The notes beneath the pieces were generated by a model that did no database searches, was not told the DNA's origin, and saw nothing but the letters and a program-made list of their open reading frames with translations. A stretch of 64,000 nt of DNA from Candidatus Omnitrophota bacterium. GTDB taxonomy: Bacteria > Omnitrophota > Gorgyraeia > Gygaellales > Profunditerraquicolaceae. This document shows positions 1 to 12,200 of this stretch, one piece after another (within the stretch, counting starts at the first letter, position 1; every line of letters starts with the position of its first letter). Made by a program: the position numbers and the translations under genes. The stretch covers positions 4,682-68,681 of the forward strand of contig QZKH01000005.1 in assembly GCA_003598025.1 (NCBI GenBank), given 5' to 3'.

Positions 1-260
1 GTCCAGCCAGAGCAAAAGCCACAAGGAAAAGTTTTTATTTGGCCGCAAAAGAAAGCGTTTTCCATATACGCTTTAAGTATTTTTGGCATATCAACCCGTT
101 TATTAATTATCGGTGTTACTTTTTCCAGCATGCCTTTTATTGCTCTATTGGCTTCAGTAAGCTTGATACTCAATACTATATATTATGTACGTTTAATCCG
201 TATTTATAACAAAGAATATACAAATTTAAATAGAAATTCCAGTAGCGATAGCGGGAAATC
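1..260 (+). other. Hydrophobic helix segment (AFSIYALSIFGISTRLLIIGVTFSSMPFIALLASVSLILNTIYYV), probably the C-terminal transmembrane end of the preceding module, followed by the first SSSP linker at about 262-275
   Basis: Direct translation of frame 1. Two consecutive hydrophobic stretches of about 20 aa are followed by KSSSPISNSPFENNSPSLPP. Confidence 0.4.
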
Positions 261-3200
261 TTCTAGCCCTATATCTAATTCGCCATTCGAGAATAATAGT
301 CCATCGCTGCCGCCATTGGGAGGGCCTATTTTGAGCCATGATATGAGCGAGTATTGGATCCTTGATAAGGAGAAGACAGAAAAAGATTTTATTGTTTTGG
401 GGTTTGGTTTGAAAAAAGGAGTGTTAAATTTAGGTAACGCCGAAGTTATTATTACGCCATGGGCAGTAAGCATGAACTCCTGTTCGCTATATTCAGTTTA
501 CCGAAGCCAGAAACTTGCTCAAGAGATAGTCGTTCGTGCATATCAAGGAGCCTTACATATTGCGCGTAGGCTATGGTTGGACCCACCGCTTGTACATCGT
601 TTCTTCGGGCTTTCTTATACAGAATACATTAGGTTTCAAAATGACGAAGGTGCAGTTGAACCTGAATGGGCAGAATATCCTACTTATCCAATATTTAAGC
701 ACATAGGGTTATCCTATGGGCAAGATTTCCACGAGATATACGGTAACGCTGATATTATTAATCTTGATACTATTTTTGAGCAAAAGATTGGATTCTATCA
801 TCAGGGCGGGAATATGTATATGCGCACAGATGAATTTGAGCGCGTAGTTGAAGCATCTTGGAGGCAATGGTTTTATATCGATAGGGCTCATGCTGTGTAT
901 GGTAATAAGGTTGACCAGTATCCCTATCTTTCTACTTGGCCGGCACCTATACTGTTAATAAACGCAAGAGAAAAGGCAAAAGACCATAGAAACCATTTCT
1001 TAAAAGATAACGAGGATGATTTTATGCGGTTGCTTCCTGGTTCAGTTGATTTTAGTTCTATCTCCTCAGATATTCTGCATAGTCATTTAATGAGAGAAGA
1101 GTGGAAGATTGAAAAACATGCAATCTCGGAAGAGAGGAGGATATCGGCAGAAGGAGATTTCTATTATGGCGTTATATATATTGGCTCTATAAGTATGGTT
1201 ATTACTGATAAAGCAGTAGAATTTTATGTTTGTTCTGATATACATAGAGGGACTAATGCGGTAGGCGCGGGCAGAGAGATGATCACGCGGGCTTTCATTA
1301 CAAGTTATTTTATTGGTAAATACTTAGGTTTGAATCCAAAATGGGCGGTTGCCTATTATACTGTAGGCGAGAATGATGAGCGCGAGGAAGATAAGAATCC
1401 AGAATATCTCAACAGGCTTATTCGGCCTTGGTATGAGTTATTTTCCGAGCTCGGTTTTATGGTAAAAAACTTAAATGATAATTTAGCCAGAAGCTTTTTT
1501 GGAGATTCTGTAAGAAGGGGTCAATATTGGTATCGCGGCCTGGAAGATTTTATATACGATGCAGCAAACAATTGGATAGTTTGGTTTTATACAAACAAAA
1601 TAAGAGCTTTTGAGAGAAAGACCGGAAGTACTTCTATCAGCCATGATACGACGATGTCTGATTCTGATGTTGCTACTATTAGGAATGAGCTGGATGAGAA
1701 TTTAAGAAGAGTGTTGCGTAGGTTAAATTTTGTCGAAGCAAATACTGTATCGTTGTTCTCAAGTGGGAGTTCTCCCTGTGTTTCTAATCATCCTGAGCGA
1801 AGTGGAGGATCTATTCATCGTCGAAATTATTCGGCCTTCGGTATTAGAATGATATTAAATTCGGAGCTTCGCAGTAATTCTGTTATAAATATAAGACCAT
1901 TGCTTAATCCACAGGGTAGTTCACCTTCCGTGCCCCGTTGCAAGATATTTTGTATTCGGTTATATTCTACCTTCCGTGGCTGGTGGAGAATATTTCCAAT
2001 TTTGCAACGGGGCGTGATTGGTGGGGAGCATTTACTCTCTTTACAGAGAGGGCGTTTCGGTACGCAAGTATGGCTGCCCGCCTACCGGGCAGGCAGGCCT
2101 GCCTGCCGGACCATCGGCTTCGCCGAGAGGCGAGTAGGTAGGGTGGAGGACAATTGCGAGTTCTCAGCGGGTTCATCAATTTCATCATCGCCAATATCCG
2201 GATTAAGAATGCATGTATGGTTGGAGTGGCGTGCTTTCCTTGCCGGACTCCCTAAAGTTAAGCTAATCAGTAATGACCCCGTGTCTATGGAAATTGCCTT
2301 ACGCAGGTTAAATCACGGAGAGTACCCTGATCCATGCGGAATTGTTACTACATTCTCAAATCATCTTAAAATAGCAGCTTTAAAGTTAGCAGCGATAGAT
2401 AGTGATGAATCAAGAGATATATTAAGAGACCTTCAGGAGAGCATTGATTTCTTTAACATTATTTCAGATACAGCTGCGGATATAAAAAACATAAGCGCAA
2501 GGTTTATACATTACCGCCGTTATTCGCGCAGGTATTTACCACAGTTATGGAATGAGCAGGCAAGATTAATTCGGAATTTAATCAAATGTACTCTAGCCTA
2601 TCTTGAGAATAATAGAGAATTAACCATGCAGGTTTTTAATTTAACCGGTTTTTCTAATGAGATTCCGGTATTAGAAAGGGCGTTGTTGTACTTTCAGGAT
2701 ACCTTAGCACTGGCCCAAGGCCAGGCAATGCCGATAGAATGTAACGTGGAAGGCTTAAAGGCACAATTTAAAGACTTAGTTTCGGAGTATTCAGGTAGAT
2801 GTGATAAGTTGAAGCTGAGATTTAGGACTTACCATGGTGCGCGCCCTTTATTCATAAACGTCCCGAGAGTAATAGCTGTTGTTGCTAACTTGATTGAAAA
2901 TGCGCTGGATGCAAGAGTTGAGGGAAGGCCGTCTAAAATAGGGATCACTGTTAGTATGGATTATAAAAATGGCATTATAAGAATCGCCTGTAAGGATAAC
3001 GGCAACGGGATGGATAAATATGCCCTTACCCGGGCAAAGCACAGGGATTTTACCACTAAGGCCGAAGGCACAGGCTTAGGCCTAGCTGAGGCTCTGAATG
3101 TAACAGAAAAAGCACATAACGGCAAGCTTATTATCAGGTCGTTATTCGGAAGGTGGACGAAGGTAATATTAGTTTTGCGTTCATCAGATCCACTTGATTC

Positions 3201-6200
3201 TATATTACATTCTTCGGATGATGAATTTTCTAATGACTATGAGTTAGGGGAAGCTTCTTCGCCGATATCCTATATGGATAGAGAGCAGAAGGCAGGGATG
3301 CAGAAAGAAATTAATGATACCGGTGAGAGAATAAGCGTAATTCTAAAAGCCATTGGTATCAATAAGGTGTTATTAACGCTTCAAAGCGAGTTTGAGCATT
3401 GGAGGATAATTGGCTGGCTGCATGATTTAGGACTAATGCATACAGATGAGGTTATAAATCTGGCAACGATAGATTATCATTCCGATACTTACGATGGCCT
3501 TGATTTAGCATCAGGAAATTGGGTAAGGTTTTTAATAACCAGGTATCATCCTAATATAAGATTATTTTGGTTGAGAGATAAATTTCACAGCGAAGGAAGA
3601 GAGTCTGATAGTTTCTTCTCTAAAGTTTGGGCGTTGCCATCTGAATGGGAATATGGTTGGGAGGGTTATGTGACCCTTGATCTGGATTATTTTATGCCAG
3701 TGGCTGCTATTTCTGAGGAGGCATTAAAGGCAGAAGTAAATAATCTTGTGGATGCCTGGGTAAATAATCGGATAAGAATTATTGGCTTGCATATAGATAG
3801 AGGCGAAATAAGGCTGGAGCATACTCTATCGGCCTTAATATTTTTGGCAGAGGCGATTGAAAGAAATGCTAAAGAATTATCTCTGGCACATACAGTTTCT
3901 TCCCCTGTAACTATACTTGCCTCAAGCAAGACAGCCAAAGATTATTTATTTACTTCTCCCGGGCAATTCGGCAACTTAACCCAGGAATTAGTAAGGAACC
4001 AGGGCCTTCATGGCGGTAAGGGGAATATCTTCTCTAATCATAGAGGAGTAACTCCTCCGGGTACAAAAGTAGTAGATTATAATGGCCGGTCATTCCAGAT
4101 TGACGGCGTAAATCTTTACAGGACACCCCGTATAATACCCCCTACTTCAAATAAGAGCGATTCCAAGCTTTCCTTAGAGCGCTTTCTTGAGTTGATTACT
4201 TATAGCCCGTATCAATTATACGTCTGGGTGCATAATAAACCGCGAATGGCAGTTGCTCAGTGTTTGACCGATAAGACTATCCTTGAATTATCCGAAGGTT
4301 CAGTTGCTATGCAGCAGGCAACCGGTTCAACCAATGAAGAGATAAAGATATTATTAGGTAAGATAGGGTTTCAGGCAGATATAGATTGGTGGGATTTCCT
4401 TGATGATTATGTTTTCTGGGTTAAATTCGGCAAGCGCCTGTTAGCAGAGAGAAGAGAAGCTTCTTATTACAGGATACACCGTTCAGCAGTTATTGACCCT
4501 CTTGGTTTTGACCCTGCCACTATCATTGCCCCAAGGCTTGACGTAGAGATAGATAAATATCTTAACGCAGGGTTTAATCTTGAGATGGCAGCAGCAATGG
4601 CCGGCTATGAAGCAGTCCAGGTATTCTCTAAGGAACTCAGCGAGCGCCTAGGCCCGGATAAGACCGCAGTCATTGTGCTCAATGAAGGGATCGGTATGGA
4701 AGGCCATGTCGGTTTTAGCCACAGCGTATTAGTATTTGTTTATACGGATCCGGCTGCCGCTGAGATATTCCTTAATGCAATTCGTAAAAATACAAGGATA
4801 GACAGGGACCGCATATTCCGGTTTGGCCTGCGCTTATACGGACTTATCTTGCGTTACAACCGAATCCTTGATGCATGGTTTAGTTTATATGGCAAGAATA
4901 TGCATAGCCAGCTTCTACGTCCTGATTTCATGGCGCCGATAATGTTTGCTACCGCAATAAATAACTTCTGGGACTTCCTTAAAGACGGTGAAAAAGATAT
5001 CAACCCTTCAATCAAAATTCTCATTGAAGAATATTCACTTTTCAGATTTGATGATTTCTTGCGTTTCTGCGCTAACCCTACATATAAGGCAAGGGCAAGG
5101 ATAGAAGAAGCCTTTGGTTCTTGGGATGCATTTTATGAAGAGCTAATGCGTGTAATTGAAATACTTGAGCGTGTTCCTGAATTCGGTCCTACTCAAGGGC
5201 CTTTAAGCGCCCTGTCCCGCGGAAGAGGTAAAGTTATCCTTGTTGCCAACGGGCCGCACAAATACAGAGTTGCAATCAATTCCATGTTCGCAGAATCAAG
5301 CGCAGAGCATCCTTCAGGTACGAGCGGGCAGGTTGGCGATCGCGTGGTTATAATCACCGAAGATATACTTGAGACTCTGGCCAAGAATGACCTTCCACTT
5401 TACAGAGAGTCTATGCCTTATATATGGCACCTTGATTTTGATTTCCCGAAAGAGTTAGATCCTGATTTGGCGGTGGCTCAGTGGAAAGCTGCCGGTTACC
5501 ATGAGAAGATATATGAGCAGGCCCCGCTTAAGGAGGCGAGAACAAGTAAAACAATAGCCATACCGAATCCCTCAGAGATAGCAGCTTTTGGGCATAGCTC
5601 ATCAAGTCCTATTGAATCCAATGCCCTTATTTTTGACATTATTGAATTAATAGAAGATGCTGAATCGGAATCAGCTACTAAGTATGATTGGGCAGGCAGG
5701 CTTTATGAAGAATATAAATCAAGAAGCCAAGAACCCGGGTTTGATGTTGCATTCAAGGAAGCCATGCATATCCTTTTATTCCATAAGAGCAGTGATGTGC
5801 GTATGGGTGTTGCTTGGATTATTTCGCACGATGAATTTCTAGGCCCTGTACCTCATCCTTCTGTAAGCGGTTATTCTGATAGATCTGTAATCAACGTTAT
5901 GATGCATTGCCCTTCAACGGAGACGCCGCGTATGATTGTTGATTTCTTTAATAGCGTAGACTCGAATGAAAAAAGAGATTGGATTGTTGACCAGCTGATA
6001 AGCGCAACAAGCATAAGCCAGAACGACGGGGTAAGAGAAAGGATCCTTGATACGATAATAAATATATTTGAATTCAAATTATATCCTTTAAATACATCTG
6101 TGCATGATGGCCATCTTTATGAGGCTTTAAGCGCGGGGCGCTTTCATCCTCAAGAAGAAGGGAAAGTCGCAGTTACAAAATATGACCCATTTAATATAGA

Positions 6201-9200
6201 ATTAAGGCATAAGGTAATAAATGGTTATACCCCAAGGGTCTATGTAAATGCGCTTACTGCAAATGGAGCAAAAGTGAGGCTTCCAAAGAATGCCGCTGTT
6301 GTCCAGGAGGGCAAGACAAAAGTTTATTCTTGGAAAATAGATACTTACCGATTTGAAGATTATATAGACGTTGAATTAATCCTGCTTGATTCTTCCGGTA
6401 AATTCAGGCTGATAATAGAAAACAGGCACTTTTTTTATATTGATAAGATACCTCCTGTTAGTATACCTGAACAGAAGGTCGATTATGCGCCATTCTCTCA
6501 ATTGACCGGTAAAAATGTGCTCGTATGCAGCATGGAGGCGACTTTACTTATGCATTGGCTTTATGGTGCCATGGGTGGAGGCTTGGGTGTATTAATGGGG
6601 AGTTTTTTAAGGGCTCTGCGTTATTGCGGAGCCACATTTTATTTTCCTTTGCTTGTTTATCGTGTCGGGCCGCAACAGGAAATAGCTTCAGGTAAGGCAA
6701 CAATGAATCCAAAATCAAAGTTAGATTATTCTGTAATACTGAATGGCTTTGAAGATGATTTAGAGAAATGGGAAAGAATTGATTCTAAGGAAATATCGCT
6801 TAATCTACAAGGCAGAGCTTTCAAGACAAATGTAATATTAATGCGCCTGACAGTTAAGGAGATAGAAGTTGTTTCATATGTTCCTTTTATAGAGATACCT
6901 GATGGCATTGCTGATCGTTTATATCCGGGAGATTCAGCCTCTTTGGAAAGATTCATACAGGCATCTTTCTATTCAAGAGCGGTATTGAAGACAATGGAGG
7001 CGTTTGATATCACCCCGGATATTATTCAGGTACATGAATCTTTTCCAGCCGTATCTTTAGTGCCTGATCTCTTCTATAATCCAGAGTTTAATGCTGACCA
7101 GCGTTTTGAAAGAGGCAGGCAAAATCTGGTAGGATTTGCACATACAGTAGTCCCGCAAGCTTTTCCGTTCTATGAGCCGTATTTCATAGATATGGTTCTG
7201 GGTATGAATGTAGATCAGTATGAAGGTTTACTGACGGATAGGCTAGTAGACGGTAGGCCGCGCAGGTCTTATGATTCATTTTATGCGCTAAGCTTAAAAG
7301 CTAAATGCGTCGGGACTGTAGGGCTTGAACACCGTGGAGTTATGGCTAATACTTTTCCTGAATTTAAGAAGAAATATTTCGCAATAGAGGATTCAATATG
7401 GCCATTTTTCTGGATGTTAAAAGCACAGATCGCAGATGGCGGACAAGTCTTGCCTCAGAGTGTGCTTTGGGAGCAAAAAGAGGCAGCTGAAGCAGAGATG
7501 GTAGAATATATAAAGTTTATCTTTGGAATTGAATTAGAGGCTGGTAGGCCTACTATAGTACAAGCCAGAAGGTTTGCAGATTTTAAGTGGAATACGTTTG
7601 TAACTGGTTTGCCTGGTTTCTCGGACTTAACAGGTATATATTATTTATGTGCTGATCCAGCAGAAGGAGGGTTAGGCTTTAATTTTATTGTTGGCGGCAA
7701 AGCGCATGAAAGAGACAAGCTTTGCCAGGACTGGATTGAAAGATTAAGGAATTTTGCTAAAGATGAAAGTCTTAAAGGCAGGTATGCATTTTTGAATTGG
7801 ACTACCGAAGACTCTCAGGTCGTGATAAGAGGAGCAAAAGCAAGCCTTCAAACTTCAATACCTCCTTATGAGGCAGCAGGCATGAAAGATAAGAAAGATT
7901 TAATTTGCGGGAACATTCCTGTATCAAGTTATACCGGAGGGCCTGTCCAGCAACTAACAAACATCATGTCGCATGGGTTAAGAGGCAACGGCTATCTATT
8001 TGAACCATTTTCTCCGGCAGAGTTGCAAAAAGCCTTAGAAGATCTTTCGGCACGTTTCTATGCGCATATTTTTAGCCAGAAAGGCTTATCTTTCGAAGAA
8101 ATACAGAATTTGCCTAATAAGAAATGGGTAGAGTTGGTTCTTAAATATATGCAGGAAAAGCCCGATGGCATTGTCGACATAATGCATAACGCAACCCGTA
8201 TGCTCCCTGTTGCTGATAGCCGTACTGCAGCAATGAAATTTGCTTTAGTTTATGCAAAGTTGCTCGGAGAGCAGCTTGATTATTCTCAATACCCGAGTTT
8301 TATGACCAGGATGCTTGATAGGTTTAATATGAGGATTGAGAATATCAATGGGGCTTCTTCGCCTTTAGAAGGAGATAGTAAATTTAATATCGATAGAGAG
8401 ATAATTAAGATTTGGAAAACTTTGAGGGGTGGGAAGATAGTTGAAGCAGGCAGGATGCTGGATGAGCTTAAAAGGAGAAATGATAGTTTTCATTTCTGGT
8501 TGATGACTGATTTTGAAAGGTTCGTTGAGCAGCCGCAAGGCGCGCATGAAGAAAATACAATAATTGCTACTCGTTTTACACGCGATGGAGCATGGTTACT
8601 TAATTCTATTATCGGGGTTATTGAAAAGATGCAGGAAGATTTAAGAATTCTTGTTTATCGTGATAATGTTGAATTATCCAGCCCGGGAAAGTTTGCAGCA
8701 TCTGAGATAATTTCAAATATGTGGAAATTTGCACACTCAGGAGTTTTTGTTGCTTACTATTTATTAGGCATGGACGGTAATATTTCAGGGTTAAGGCTTA
8801 TTGGCTTAGATAAAGGGCCCGGGATCAAAGACATAGAGTCTGCTTTAAGGTTAGGGTTCTCAACATACGGTTCGAATGGTAAGGGTTTGTATATTTTGAG
8901 TAATATCACAAGCGCACAATTTACTGATTTTAAGATTGAATCAGTTGCCGGAGAGGGTATCATGGTTTCAGTTGATATATCAGTACCCGGATCATCAAGC
9001 CCTGTTACCAGCTTAGGATCTCTGCCCAGACTAATAAAGTTGAATCCGGATATTTCGGCGAGCAGGTTGTTTGTTGATGTCCACAGATTAAGCCGTATAG
9101 GTTTGATGGGATATGCTTTGATACGCGCTCCTCCGGCAGCAATCTATTTTGTTCCCGCATTATTGAGCCAACCGCAAGCACGTAATATTAGCATCTCCTC

Positions 9201-12200
9201 CAGCCCATTAACTAGCAGGGACGGTTCTCAAACTAAAGCAGAAGCGTCCCCTATAGAAAGGGACAGTTCTCTCATGATTTCAGAACCGTCCCTTCCTAGA
9301 AAGAGTTCCAGCCCGATAGACCCAGAGAGATTACCATCAATCACAGTTAATAGATTAATTTCACATGAGATAAACTCGGATATAACCGATTGGTTGAGGA
9401 ATATCTTCTCATCATACGGAATATTTATAAAATACGGAATATCATATCTTGAAATAGACAGAATTCACATAGTAGGTTTAAACCGAGAGCCCGGAAGGGA
9501 GATTCTCCTGGTTGATCTTTTCACCGGGGAGCGCATTCTCCGTTTCCATGTTGTTTTCTATAAATCAGGGTATAACCTTGATTATGGTATTGATGACGGG
9601 TTTGAGAGGATAAGCACCAGGCTTATAGATATGCACAGAAATTTTAAGTTGATGAAATATTCCGAAGAATTAGCCGTATCGGGCATAGATACAGCCGAAA
9701 TCGTCAGATTGAATAATGAAGCATTCAGGGAGTGGATTGCCGGGCAAGAGTTTACATATTTCAACGGAGGCGGAGATGCTGCAGTCTATATAAATGATGA
9801 ACGCACTTTAGTGGTAAAAAATGTGCATGATTATAATAAGGAATTACTCAATATGCCTGCGCCTTTTAAGGGATACCTTCTTGCAGCAGAAAGATTAGGC
9901 CATTTAGTCGTGCGCTATGTGACACTGGAAGATTTGGTTGTTAAGGTCAGGAATAAAGACGGAGTGGTTGAAGAGAAACTGTTTAAGAAAGCAGTAATAC
10001 AAAAATTCGTTTACGTGTTTTTCAAAGAAGGAGTCTTTGATTCTTCTTTAGGCAAAAGAAGGTGTGAAGGTATATTGGCCGATACTATTGGGCAGGGCGA
10101 TATGCAAACAGCGAAAATGCTGATTGATGAATTCTTATCCAGTATAAGGGCGATTATGGCAAGAGGAATCGCTGACTGGGACATTAAAGCCGAGAATTAC
10201 GGATATGACCCTTCCGTGGGTTATGTCTGTTCTCTGGATATGGGTAAATTTATTGAAGCTTATAACCTGGATTTTCGTATGGCCAGAGTTTTTATAAGAA
10301 ACCTTCAGAGGACAAGAAATGAGATATATTCCTGGACTAAGGATGTTTTAGGGGAGAGAGAGGCAGTTGAGTTGCGCGATCATTTTACGGAAAGGGCAAA
10401 GGAAGTTTTTAGAGTCAGAAGCGATTTTACCTTTGACATAACAAGAAGTGTCGATGATCTTGAAGCAGAGAGCGAGTTGGAAGAAGATATTAAAGATATG
10501 TCTGATTACGAATTGAAAGAATGCCTTCCGGTCTGTTATACCGGTTTACCTGATATAAGAAGGATTGCCGTAAGAAATATCGCCGGGTACTTAAGGGGGT
10601 TAGGCAGGGCTCATAGAGGGTTAGCATTTGTATTAGCAAAGATTGGCTTTAACGAGAACGCAGCTACGTATGCAATGTTTCAGAATCTGGAGGTAAGATT
10701 TGTAGATTCTAAGATCCTGTATTTGCCAATTTATGACAATGATACTTATTGCGGTGTAAAGTTAAGAATGCTTGATAATGTTGCAACCGTTGAGGATATA
10801 CATGAGAGAAGGATTTGGGATAGGCTCAATGTAAGGCGGTATACAGAGGTGCTTAAAGAGGCAGTTAAGACGATAATAAGGTTTTATTATCCACAACAGG
10901 TCGTTTATAACACATTAGCAAGCGAATTCAGTCTTAAGATGGTAGACGTAGCTGACAGGCTTGATACGGCAAATCAGCTTGGCCGGATTAGCGGCGAGCT
11001 GGTGAATACTGAGCGCAGAAAAATATTGCTTAGTAATCTGTTTGGTATAACTGATACAAGTAATTTGGGCCCAAGGGTAAGATTAGCTTTTGATAACTTG
11101 AGGGAGAGAAGAAGGTACCCCTTTGATGTAGAATTACGGGATATATATGTCCGGGAAGAGGCAGGCAGAGTGCATACAGAACTCGTTGCTTTTGGTATGA
11201 CTACCAGAAAATGCCTTGAAATAGAGATGTTTTCTGACCTTATTAACCGCCTGAAAATACCAGAGAATATAGTTTTCCTTGCCATTGAGGAAGAATTAGG
11301 CCAGAGGGGAGGAGCAATATTCCTTGAGAAAGTTTATTTCCAGGGTACCCACGATGATCCTATTGTTCAGTCTGTATCAAGGCAGTTAAATTCTCTGTAT
11401 TCAAGGCAAAGAATGGGTATAGTTTCAGCGCTATTAGTAAAAATGGGATTAATTCCAGCTGAGCCAGTGGAGGTAACCAAGGCCAAAAGGCTGCAAAGAG
11501 AAAGATTAGCTGGTTTGCTTGAGCATTTAAAGAAGGTTAACGGAGGTAAAAATGGGAATGGTAAAACTTCGTCAAGCCCGATAAATAGTGTTATAAATAT
11601 TTTAGTTGTCAGGAAAGCGTTTTCTAAGTTGTTTGTATTATGGCCGTTGCGTGTAATTAAAGGATTTTTGTCTACCTTCTCCTCCTTCGCCCAGCATTTA
11701 TCATGCAGTGCTCCGGAGGACAAGATTACAGGTGCGCCTGAGTGCCGAAACAAAATGTTCTACCTTCCGTGGCTGGTGGGGAGCATTTACCTTCTTTTAC
11801 AAGAAGGTGTTTCGGCGCTCAGGCGTGGCTGCCTGCCTACCCGACCATCGGCTTCGCCTAGAGGCGAGCAGGCAGGGTGGGAGCGAAAACCTCGTGCAAC
11901 CGCGATATTTGCAACCACAATAGGCAGCCTCATAGCTGAAAAAGCAGGAGTTTCTCTTGATGCGCAATATATAGGTAAAGGATTATGGTTGCCTGTAGTG
12001 TTAGAGCGCATGATAGAGGGTCATAACATATTAAATGGTTGTAGATGTCCTTTATGCACTTCAAGCTCTAGCCCGATAAACTCCAGTATCAGGCTTGATG
12101 ATACCACAAAAGGGAAAATCTGCCGCCTTATGCGCCTTTATAAACAGAGTAAGATCACTATTCAAGAATTATCATTCGGGTTAAACAGGCTCACAGATAT

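Noticed and set aside
1938-2194. Overlapping plus-frame-3 and minus-strand ORFs at 1938-2194, and similarly at 11708-12011
   Set aside because: They lie entirely within the GC-rich palindromic insert. High GC suppresses stops in all frames. They are not independent genes.
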